Shown here: positions 51,930 through 62,095 of the stretch, piece by piece
Numbering within the stretch: position 1 is the first letter of the stretch
Layout of the letters: every line of letters starts with the position of its first letter
Assembly: GCA_905178155.1 (NCBI GenBank)
Contig: CAJINV010000002.1
Location: 12,285,621 to 12,349,620 of the forward strand
Source: Amoebophrya sp. A120
Taxonomy: Eukaryota; Protista; Dinoflagellata
Direction of reading: 5' to 3'
DNA length: 64,000 nucleotides
The notes under the pieces: model-generated
The model's database searches: none
What the model was told of the DNA's origin: nothing
Seen by the model: only the letters and a program-made list of their open reading frames with translations
Made by a program: the position numbers and the translations under genes

Positions 51930-54462
51930 GATGGTTGGAGATTTTAAGACTTTTAGTAAATGGCTCTCGCTATCAAGTAGAAGTCAAGGTTTAAGCTTTA
52001 CAAGGGAAAGCGGCTAATTGGCGGGCGATTCGAACTTTTCCAAAACTTTTCATTTGACTTTTCAGGATTTCAGGGCATTGAAAACGATTTGATAAAGCGA
52101 GTCAGAACGAAAAAACGCAGTGAAGATACTCCAAGCGACAGAACAGGGGCGCTTGCGAGGTCTTGGGCGCCGACGCCTCCTCTTGTCCCGCGGGTGATCG
52201 GCGAATCCCGAGCGACCGCCTTTCCACCCGCCGAAGCGTGCGCGCGCGCCGGGTACCCGCCGACCGCACGCAGCCAACGGCTGCCGGCGCGGGCGCCCTA
52301 AAGAAAAAGGCCATGACCGCCCATCGCACCCACCCGCCCCCCAGGCCCGGAAGGCCTACCCGGGAACTGACTAGGAGGAGGGCTACCGACACAGGGAAGG
52401 GGGCCGGTCCGCCAGACCCTAAACCCGACGCAACCGGGCACCCGGCAACGCGCGCCCTCGCCAAAAAACGCGCGCGCCCAAGCCTCACAAACACCCGGAA
52501 TCGCGGCGCCAGCCCGCGCCTCCTGCCGCCGGCGGGCCGCCACCGCGAAACGGCCCGACCCTGGCAGCTTTCTTAATGCAAAGCAACCACCGGCCAAAAG
52601 CTGCCGGCGGTGTGTGCTGCTGTTTCGCGCTTTTCCACATGAGGAAGATCAAAGCGCGCCAGCCTGTTGGGCTTTGTTTGACTTCAACGAACCGCCGGCG
52701 CCGGGTTCTATCGGTCGCCGGCTGATAATACTAACGACACAGGAGGGCCGACAAAGAAAAGGGGCACCCCGCTGAGGCGCCGGCCGCGTGGGGTTCTGGC
52801 GATTTGGGGCGCGCAAAAGAGCGCCCCAAAAAACTCGCGGCAAATCAGAAAAGCGAAGCCGCACGACAGGGCCGGGGCTCCGTTCGGAGCATTTGGCCGG
52901 CCGCGAAAGCGGCCGCCGCCTTTTCGCCGGTTTCTATGCGGCGGAAGCTTTGCAAAGGGTGCCGGCGCGCAAAGAAAAAACACAGAAAAGCAAAAGCGCG
53001 CCAAGCGCGCGAGGCCAATCCCCATGCCATGGGACCGGTTTGCCTTCGGTTTCAGGGCGCTCCACCGCGGCGCCCGGATCGGCCCCATACCGCCAGGGCT
53101 AGCTTTCGGACAGGGGTTCTGAAAATTTGGCAAAGAACTACCATGCTTTCCAAAAGACGGCCAAGCCACGCGGCATGGCCATACCAAAAGCGGCACGGGG
53201 GGCCCAGAAAAAAGACACAGTGGCTGGCCAGGGCAACGGCCGGCGGGCGGGCAAGGCAGCCAGCGGCACCGACCTCACCACCTCCGCCACGGAGGCTATA
53301 TTTGGCACGCTGGGCACACGCAGCAGCGGCTTACCGTCCGACAGCCCCACACGTAGCAAGCAAACAGGCCCCGAGGGTAACTAAGCCCCCACGACGTCCC
53401 CTCCCCTACGTCGCACGCAGGGGCGCAGTTCCGCCCGTGCACCAACCACATCGCCCGGCGCCCCAACATGGCTCGCCCCGCCCGAAACGGTGTCGAGCGT
53501 GCCATGCGGTCCGACGTCGGACCGCACGGTATGCTTGTCGGAAAAGCAAAACAGCAAACGCACAGGCCCCGGCTGACCAGATAGAGACGAAACAGATCGC
53601 CCAATCCCGGCCCACAGGGTGGGGCGCAGGGCGAGCGAAGGGCGAGACGAACGACGGGTGGCAATCGGGCCGCCGGCACGTAGGAAGTAGACCCGCGGCG
53701 GCGCCGCCCGGTATTCCAGGCGCGCAGGCAGGCCGGCGGGGCCCAACATGCAGGCGCGCCCCCATATCAGAGGGCGGGAGGCCCCCAGACAGGCCGGCCC
53801 CGGCCGGCTGGCGCCTGGCGGATGCGGCGGAATCGCTTCGGCGCCCCAATAACACGCCTCCCCCGCCCGGGCTCAGCAGTGCGCAGGGAGGCGCCACGCC
53901 CGCGCGGCTGTTGCCGGCCGGCACACTGTGGCCCCGGTCTAGGTCGGTCGCGGGCGGGGGGGGCGAAGGACTGGCGCGGCCGGGCCGGGTGTTCCTTCCG
54001 TCTATGGGTTTGGGCAAACCGACGCCAACCCCAGCGGCGCCCGGGCCCCCAAGAGCCCGCCGGCCGCCGCAAGTGTGGAGTACGCGGAGCGCATGCCCCG
54101 CACGCGCCCCGAACGGCGCAACGCGCCAACCAAGTTCAGGGGGTCGGTAGCAACCGCCGAAGCCCGGGCGCCCTCTCTTGGTTCGCAGCAAGCTACACGC
54201 GCACCGGCGCCCCCGGGGCGTGAATCCGCTGCCCGGTGGCGCATGCGACAACGTAGCGCCGGCCGCCCGCCGGGGCGGGGCCGGCCGCTTGCCTGGCTAC
54301 GTGCGCAATAACCGCAGGCGTGCCTGCCGGGGGGCTGTGCCTGCCTCTTTTCGGGCGCAAGGCAGCCGCCCGAGGGCGGCCCGGCTGGCGGGCAGGAACA
54401 AAGGGCAGGCGCCGGGCGGCGAAACTTTTCCGCCCCTCTACCGAAAACTCTGCCGGAAACTT

Positions 54463-54680
54463 TGCCGAGAACTTGCCGAAAACTTTCCCCCGAACTTTCC
54501 CGAAAAGTCGGCGAAAGCCTTCCGCGAAACCTTCCCGAAAAATTCTCCCGTTGAAAAGTCGACCAAAAGTTACAGACCGGGAGTTGAAAAGTCAGCCAAA
54601 AGTTTTCGAGTCCGAAAATGATCCCGAAGCGGGAAAGTTTCGGGAAAGTTCGGGGGAAAGTTTTCGGCAAGTTTTCGGCA
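54463..54680. repeat. 43-bp inverted repeat built from ~11-bp ccgaaaacttt-like units
   Basis: 54463-54505 versus the reverse complement of 54638-54680 has 1 mismatch. Confidence 0.9.
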
Positions 54681-56207
54681 CTCAAGCAGAAGACTTCGCC
54701 GCGCCCTCAAAAGCCGAAAAGCCTGAAGGCTTGCGCATCCGCCAGGCTTGCGAAGAATCCTGCTGCCCCCCCCCTTTTCTACATGGCTGAGGCGGTCTCC
54801 CCGAAAATGGGGACAGAGCCTCCTGGGCGAACTTATTGCGCGCGCCGGCGGGGCAGCATGTGAGTGGCGCCCCGCGCGCGCCCCTGCTGCGCCGGCGCCC
54901 TTTCTACTCGCGAAAAGCCGGCCGCGCAAGGCCGCCGCGACCGAGGCGGAGCACTCGGGAGCGGCGGCATGGTCTCGGCGCTTTGTATGTAAGTGCGGGG
55001 GGGCGGCGAATATGAAAGAGAAAGGGGCAGGCCGGACGGCCTCTAGCTAGCGCCCAAAGAAAGGCGCCGAGCCAAAACGTGAGGCGCGGGCAGCTCCACC
55101 GAAGCGTAGCGCGCCACGCCATGCGGCCCGAACGTGCGAGGCCGGGCCGCCCGCGCGGCGTGCTGCGCGCCTACTTCAATGCGCCAAATATGGCCGCCGG
55201 GGCGGAGATAATGAGGCCGGCGCCGCTTCTTTGCCCGCCGACCTTGGCCCACACCACTTTTTTGCTTTTTCTGGGCCCGCCGTGCCGGGGTGGGTAAGGT
55301 TATGCCGCACGGTATGGCGGCCGGTTGGGGAAAATGGCAGACGTTGGGCAACTTGCCAAAACGCCTTCCCGAAAGCCAACCCCGATGCTATCGGGCCGGC
55401 CCGGGCACCGCGGGGGGCGCCCAAAAACCGAGGGAAAAGCGGGCCCATAGAATGCGGGCTGGCTTCGCGCGCTTGGCGCGTTTCTTCTTTTTTGCGTTGT
55501 GTGTTATTTTTCGCGCCCGCGCCTTTTGCAAAGCTAGCGCCCCCCCGCTGAGAACCCGGCAAAAGGGCGGCCGCTTTCGATTCGCGACCGGTTTCGCGGC
55601 CCTGCCATACTTACGGCTTCGCTGTTCTGGCTTCGGGCGGGTTTTTTGGGGCGCCCTTTTGGGCGCCCCAAGTCGCGCGCCAGAATCCCACGCGGCCGGC
55701 GCCTGAGAAGGGTGCCACGTTTGCCGACCCCCCTACGTCATTTTTTCAGACAGTCTTTCCACCGGCGGCCGACTGAGCCCACCGGCGACTGCATTCATTG
55801 AAGACAAAACCAAACAGGCGGGCGCGCTTGGGTTTTTTTCATCTTCAACATGCGAAAAAATGCGAGCCAACGCCCCAAGCCCCCGGCCGTTTTTGGCGGT
55901 TCTTGTCAGGAAAGCTGCAGAGATAGAGCCGGCTCACGGGGTCGCTGCGGTACATCTTACAAGAGAAGGCAAACCACCCAGGCACACAGGCTCGTGCTGG
56001 AGGGCAACATACCAGAGGGGCCACGGGGCCCCGCCCGCCGGCTCGCTTGTGGGGCGGGCCACCCGGGGGAGTTGCGTTATCCATTTCCTGAACCAAAGAA
56101 CACCCCGCCGGGGAAGCCCACCCAACCGGGGGGGGTCGGCCCCACATCGCGATGCATGCCGCACGCACGGACGGCCTGGCGCGAGAGGCCGGCCCACCAT
56201 CGCGCGC

Positions 56208-56243
56208 CATACCATGCGGTCCGACGTCGGACCGCATGGTATG
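56208..56243. repeat. Perfect 36-bp palindrome (related copy at 53502-53529)
   Basis: cataccatgcggtccgac|gtcggaccgcatggtatg. Confidence 0.95.
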
Positions 56244-57698
56244 CTGCCTCTTTGCTTCTCTCGTTCAAGCAGGCGAAGCAGAATAGACGGGCAACCGAAA
56301 TAGACAGGTGGCGCCACCACAGCGCGCCACAGACCCACATCACGCGCCGGCCATCGGGGTGGCCCCCCGACCGCAGGCCCTTGACACTTCTGCCACCGCT
56401 AGCGAGACGAGCGGAGGAGCCGCCTCTGCCCGTTGGTTGCAAAAGGGGGGCGCCTTTGGCGCACGCTTCGGCCGCGTCGCGTAACCGCGGAAAGGCGGGC
56501 AGGAAACAGACGGCCGGGGCGCGACGGCCTCTATTTTGTAAGAATGGGCAAGCGGCGGGCCAGAATGTAGGGGGCCGAAGGTACGTCGGACAGCGCGCGG
56601 CCGGCGTGCCATCCAAGACACCGCGGCGGGGCGGCGCGCCCATTCGGGCCCTGGCAGTGGCAGCCAGTGCCATTGCTTATTTAAAAGGCGCTCAGGGCGA
56701 AGAGGGCCGACGCGCCCCGGCATTTCCGAAGCGCGAGGCGGCGATCAACATCCGGGCGAATACTGAAAGGCCAAAGGCCAGCGCCCGCGCACCACTTCAA
56801 AAGGTGCACAAAATGCGCACAGGGCCCCACAGCGCTCGCGAATAATCGCGAACAACCGACCACGGAGGCGCTGCCCGTCCGATGCGCGGCGGGTGGCATT
56901 TCCCGCAGCCTGCTTGGAGGCGTCGATCAAAATGGCAGGCAGCTGGCGGGCACACGCCGCGGCGAAGAGGTGCCGCCCTTTCATGCTCTGCCACTCCCAA
57001 AGTGCGGACTTACCAGCAAAAGGCAGCACGGTCCAAACAATTGTCGCAAAGCATGGATTGCCGACGATCAAAATAGCGACTTTGCCAAAAGTCAAAGTAA
57101 AAGTTTTGGAAAAGTCGCTATCCCGTTTCAATTACCCGTTTTCCCTTGTAAAAGCTTGTTGCCTGTAATACTTCACCTCCCTCCAGTAGCAGCGTCTGAA
57201 GTCTTTACTTGTACTGGGCAATACCAGACAAGAACAAATGGGCAAATTTTGATTACGACCACTGTAGCTTCACACTGGTCGACGCGAAGTCATTGCAAGC
57301 GCTCGTCCTCTCCTGAACCAGCCTAATCAACTTGCACCTCCTTTCTTTCAGATGATCATGATTCAAATCCAGTAGTGCGTCGTTTAAATCGCGCTAATTC
57401 AAAGATACAAGCGCACGGCACGCGTTTGAAGCATCATGAACAACAACTTCAATTTCAATTGCTGTCACCGTCGTGCGGCATTAATGATGGGCGTTTCAGG
57501 CGAAAATGCGACAGGGCGAGTCATTGTCTCCTTACCCGTAGTTTAGTCGGTTTTTTTTTCCGCTTTGCGCCTGTCGTGCACTGGAATTGCTCCCAGGAAC
57601 TCTGACTCTGTAGGGATCGCCCCAGGTAGCGGAAAGAACAAACCAAACGAAACTTACAGTCAATCACAGGGATCACAGGAAAGCAGAAGCTTTTGAGT

Positions 57699-60619
57699 TC
57701 ATGTGTCTTTGTTATCCTGCTCCACCAATAGCGCCAGAATATCGTCCCATCTCTCGTCGTATCCGGCCTGTTGAAAGTGCGCGATGTACCGCGATCGGAT
57801 CAAGCGATCCACTGCTGCGGGCTGCTCCAGGACATCTTTGAAAACGCGTCTCTCGATGATCCGCATCACGTCGGCAAGGCACAGCGTGTTTCCGGTTAGC
57901 AGCTGCAAGGAGTCCAACACGCGGAGTATCCTGAGTAAAAACGTACCCACGCCCGAGTTGTAATGCAGATTTGCAAAGACAGGAAGACTTGTAATGCGCA
58001 TCCCCATGAGAGCCATTTCCAGTCGTGTTTTGGAATTTGTGATGCTGTGAACAGGATGAGCAGACGAATCTGTGATGCGGCTGCACTTGCTAACCTGCAC
58101 TACACTGCATAGTGCAACTTGTCATGCGTGACTCCCAAAACTCCTAGGTTTGTGTTGCAAAATCCCCATCTTGACTATGGGGTGGGGACGTTTTTATACA
58201 GGATACGGAGAATGTCCACGTGCGGCGTTACCGGCTTCGGACCTCTGCCTTGGGCTGGTCTTGCTATCCTGTGCAAAAGTATCGTAACGTACTCGTATGG
58301 AAATCATGCATTACAAAATCCTTTGTTAAGGTAAATCAGCATTACAAATTTTATTTCTCATGCTGAGGAAATTTGTAATGCATTTATACGAGTACGATAC
58401 TTTTGCAGTTCATACTTGCGCCCGCAACACCATGCGTTTTTGATCGCGAATCCACGACTCGTTGTCCCCCTCCTGGCGAGCTGCAAGAACCTGCAACACC
58501 CCCAGATGTGGATCCTGCGGAATTACTCTGGGATGAATGTTGCTTGATTGCATTGCACAAGATCCAACTCTGTCCGGAGACAGACAACAGTTCCTGCTTT
58601 CCACGGGCTGCAAATGCGTCAAACGTTTTCTGATACTTCTTGGACACAGAAGAGTCATTGGTCTGCCCAGCGTGAGCAGGGCTCTGCAGGCTTTCCTCAG
58701 TTGTAGTTTCGTTCCGACGGGAAGTGGTTGGAGACATGGAAGAACCGCAAGAAGCCCCCACGATCTCCTGACTGCGGGCCCTTTGCTCGCGTTCCGCAAG
58801 CTCCTGCGACATGCCGCGAGTGTACAACAGGGCCGTCGAGTTCAGGAGCTTTGCAAGCTCCGCCGCCGGGAAGTTGCTGTGTGGACTGTTGCTCCCGGCG
58901 CACTGACTATCCATCTCCTGCAGCACACGATTTGCGAACACCGCCAGGTCGTGCAACGGAAAAGCTATTTCCCATCGACTGAAGACAACCAAAACCGCCG
59001 TCAAGTCCTTCAGCTCGAACAGATGCAGCGAGCTCAGAGAGTACTTGCGAATCTTCGCGTATAGGGAGCGGAGGAGAGAAAGCTTCTGCTCTACCTTCGT
59101 GCTTGAAGTGGAAGGATTTTGTGCGTTGCAGCTGACCACTGCAACATGTTGACCAGTGTCTACAACTTTGCGAAGCCCGGTTTCGTCAACATTGCTCCTA
59201 GAAGTGCTGCCCGTCTGACTAATGTTGTCTGGACTAGGCGAGGAAGAGGTTGATGTCGTCTGCGCAGTGTTCGCGAGCATTTGCGTTTGCTCCAGTCTCT
59301 GCGCTACGGCCCGATAGTACTCCAGCAGCATGCCGAAGGCGTATGCTACCGTTGAGAGCTCAGCGGGGGTGTTGAACAGAAGTTTCTCGCCGGCGCTGCT
59401 TACGCAATACCGTACGAATTGTTCCTCGTCCATGCCGCACCGTGCGAACGAGTGGATCACGCGGGCAATTTCAAGTGGCGTTGCCTGTTTTAGGTTTTAG
59501 CGTGTACCAGAAGTAGTCGGCTCGAGTGACGAAGTTTTGGTTATGGTTCCCCTTCATCACTCCAATCGGAATATATTAAAAAAAAACCGTACTCTATACA
59601 ATTGCAAAGACGTATAGGAGTTGTATGTCGACAAAAGCAAAGCATCAAGCTTAAACTCGTGACGACCCAACAACATCACAAACGGGTTCGGCTGTTTTAC
59701 CTCGCCGATTGTGAACTTGGCGTGGTAGGCAATGCTCTCAAAGAGTCTCTTGTCCTGCACTACAGCGGCGTCCGCAAAAGCTTTCGCGATGACGGACAGG
59801 TCGCGGATGTGAAACGGCTCCACTTGCATGCGGGTTTGCAAATGCGTGGAAAGCCTTTTCCACAGTTCGTCGTCATTCAGTTCAAGCTTTGTAATTGCGT
59901 TAATGAACATGGTTTGCTCCGTGGTCTGTTGCAAGTCCGGCACCTGTGATGTTTTTTGTGTTGAGGGTTGATGCAGCAGCAGTGCAGGCAGTCTTGGCTG
60001 AGTCTCAATTTTGGCCACTACAAGTACCAACCAGCGTAGCTGGCCCACATAGGAAGCATAATCAACAGTGGGTCATATAATCAGTATGATCTTCTTCATG
60101 TTCTATTATACCCGTATTTTCAACTCCTTAACCATGACCAGCCGCTCGGATTCTGTCAGTTTCAGGCCGCATTTTCCGAACGCCGATAGCATCATGGCCA
60201 GATAGGTCGCATTGAAGTACGCGATCTTCTCGAAGAAGAGCTTGCGAATCTCGCCCTCGGGCCCGACAATCATCGGCAAATACCGTTTATCAAATGCAAA
60301 AATGTCTGGGTCTGGAAAAGTGTAAACTTGTCATGCAGGTTTTTCATGACCCATGAGGTCTGGAATGCGGGACCCAGCATGACAGAGTCTGCGAGGTCTC
60401 TGCCATGCCTATCCTGCATGAGAAACTCCCTCCAAACTTGGTCTAAAGTGGACAGCTTTTGGCACTCATGCAACACAGATTTCTGCATCGTTCGGATTTA
60501 GCATGACAAGTTGCAATCTTCCAGACCCAGACACTTTTGCAATCCATACCGTTGCCGAAGCGGAACCTGCCGCGAGGCGGACGACGAGGAAGATCCGCCT
60601 CCACCGCTCTGGGATTGTC
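57699..60619 (-). CDS. Helical-repeat protein (HPR/OPR/FASTK-like, probable organellar RNA binding); 5' exon(s) not located
   Basis: Repeats such as FNATYLAMMLSAFGKCG, FHIRDLSVIAKAFADA, TPLEIARVIHSFARCG, TPAELSTVAYAFG and FELKDLTAVLVVFSRW. Three introners are removed in frame. Confidence 0.65.
57927..58205. mobile_element. Introner family C (279 bp), inverted relative to the 9017 copy
   Basis: TIR tatcctgagtaaaaacgtaccc / gggacgtttttatacaggata. Direct repeat cggag. Removal gives VDILRVLDSL. Confidence 0.94.
58265..58414. mobile_element. Introner family F (150 bp), inverted relative to the 15731 copy
   Basis: tatcctgtgcaaaagtatcgta / tacgatacttttgcagttcata. Direct repeat cttgc. Removal gives VAGARPAQG. 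Confidence 0.92.
60288..60548. mobile_element. Introner family A (261 bp)
   Basis: Family A TIR. Direct repeat ccgtt at 60283-60287 and 60549-60553. Reverse-complement homolog of 50201-50462. Removal gives PLRQRYLPM. Confidence 0.94.
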
Positions 60620-62095
60620 CTACAGTTAGAGCTTTAACACTCGTTAGCATGAGAAGTGGTGAGTTTGTAGTGAATTTTGCATGACAAATAGCAGAGGAGA
60701 CTGCCGGGACATTGTCCCTTTTGCTCTTCTGGGAAGTGGGTTCTGCACACCGCAGAAGTTAGTTGTCCAGGCTTATGCGGCGGGCAGCTGGACATGGCCT
60801 GGGCGTCATTCTTTGGCCATGTGAGTTTCGTCTTCCTGTGCTTGCAAAAGAGCAAGCACTGCAGCAGCCGCGGCAAACACGCCAAAAACAAGAGCCGCGA
60901 AGCACATAAGCGCAGTTTTTTTAGGCAAGATGAAGGCGCGGAAGCAAAGGCGAAAGGACCCGGCCGAGAGCTTTGACGCGTCTATCCGGCAGGCGCGTGA
61001 ACTCTCCAGGCCTTTTCGGCAGAATATAGATTAATCCTCCAAAAAATGCATCTCTACCGGCATCATTGCAAAACATAGCATACCACATCCCAATACTGCA
61101 ATCTCCGGGCGTCATTCTGAACGACGAAAACCATCCTCCGAGCGCAGTTTCGGCTCGTTGCGGCTGGTTGATCCTCGAAACCGGAACTGTGAGGCCACGT
61201 CACCGATCGAGAGCCATGGTTGGCCGTGGCGTCGCGCGGGGTCGTCTGGAACTGCGGAGCTGGAGATGTGGTAGCGATGGCCCACATGGTTCGGCTTCAA
61301 ACGTCGGCGGGAGGAATCTGATATAAGCTTGCTGGCGGGATAGCTGTGATGGTGGATTCGTGGAAGCTCTCCGAATTGGAGCTGATGAGCAGGGGCCCCG
61401 CGAAGCGTCTGCTACAGAACCAGGCGGATTGAGCAACGGAAGGTAGTTGATTTTAGTACTTGTCATGCAGTACTTCTAGCGATTAGGCTTTGGCAGGTCT
61501 TGAAAAAACGACGCCCGCGCGAACGGCTCTGAATCCATGTAGTCGAGTGGTATAATTCCCCCTTGTCATTTTGCACGTTAGCTTCTTCAATTTCCAGGCC
61601 CGTAGCTGTTTCCCCTATGTCATCTTCCTCTGCCAAAACTGAAACTAAGATACGCCACCCCGCTACCAGCCGCGGAACCGCCCCTGGCGTGGGTCTGTAG
61701 AGTGGGGCCCTTGGGAGCGGCCCGGGCAAGAAGGTTTGGTCCATCAGTTCGGCGTGTTACTTGGCGGCGCTGCTTTGGTGAATGCCCACTCGGTGGGACC
61801 GCGTTGCAAGCCGCGACACGTCTTCCCCGGAGCAACTCGACAAAGTCTGCTGCGCGAAGGCTTCCCTACGAATAGGCAGAGCAAGCTTGGAGCTGTTTCG
61901 TTTCAATGACAGCAGTGGCGGGCTATGTCCCGGTGAGCAATGGTGGAAAATCGGCAGACCCTTAGCGCCGAAATTAGTAGCACAGCCTAGATGTGTTAGA
62001 TTCAGAATTTGAAAGAATAAGCGGCTGCATTTGTACAGAGCCGCCCGAGTGGTTTTATTTTTTCCCATGCACAGGTCGAGCCTCGTGAAAGTAAT

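Larger units (their letters stand above)
51999..57150. mobile_element. 5.15-kb GC-rich non-autonomous TIR (foldback-like) element
   Basis: About 65-bp imperfect TIR tacaagggaaa.cgg.taattg...acttttccaaaactttt..tttgactttt at both ends. Flanks taagctt / aaagctt (or a TA duplication). Sharp GC shift and no recognisable protein. Confidence 0.8.

Noticed and set aside
52804-54150. 448-aa plus-strand ORF (and 331-aa ORF 55850-56845) as a transposase
   Set aside because: Arg/Pro/Ala/Gly-rich translation expected from stop-poor GC-rich DNA, with no DDE, zinc-finger or other motif.
54421-54680. Short repeats as a CRISPR array or telomeric repeat
   Set aside because: Degenerate ~11-bp units with no repeat-spacer structure and no telomere motif.
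52060-57060. GC-rich block as rDNA or contamination
   Set aside because: No rRNA conserved motifs were seen, and the block is bounded by matching TIRs within host-like DNA.
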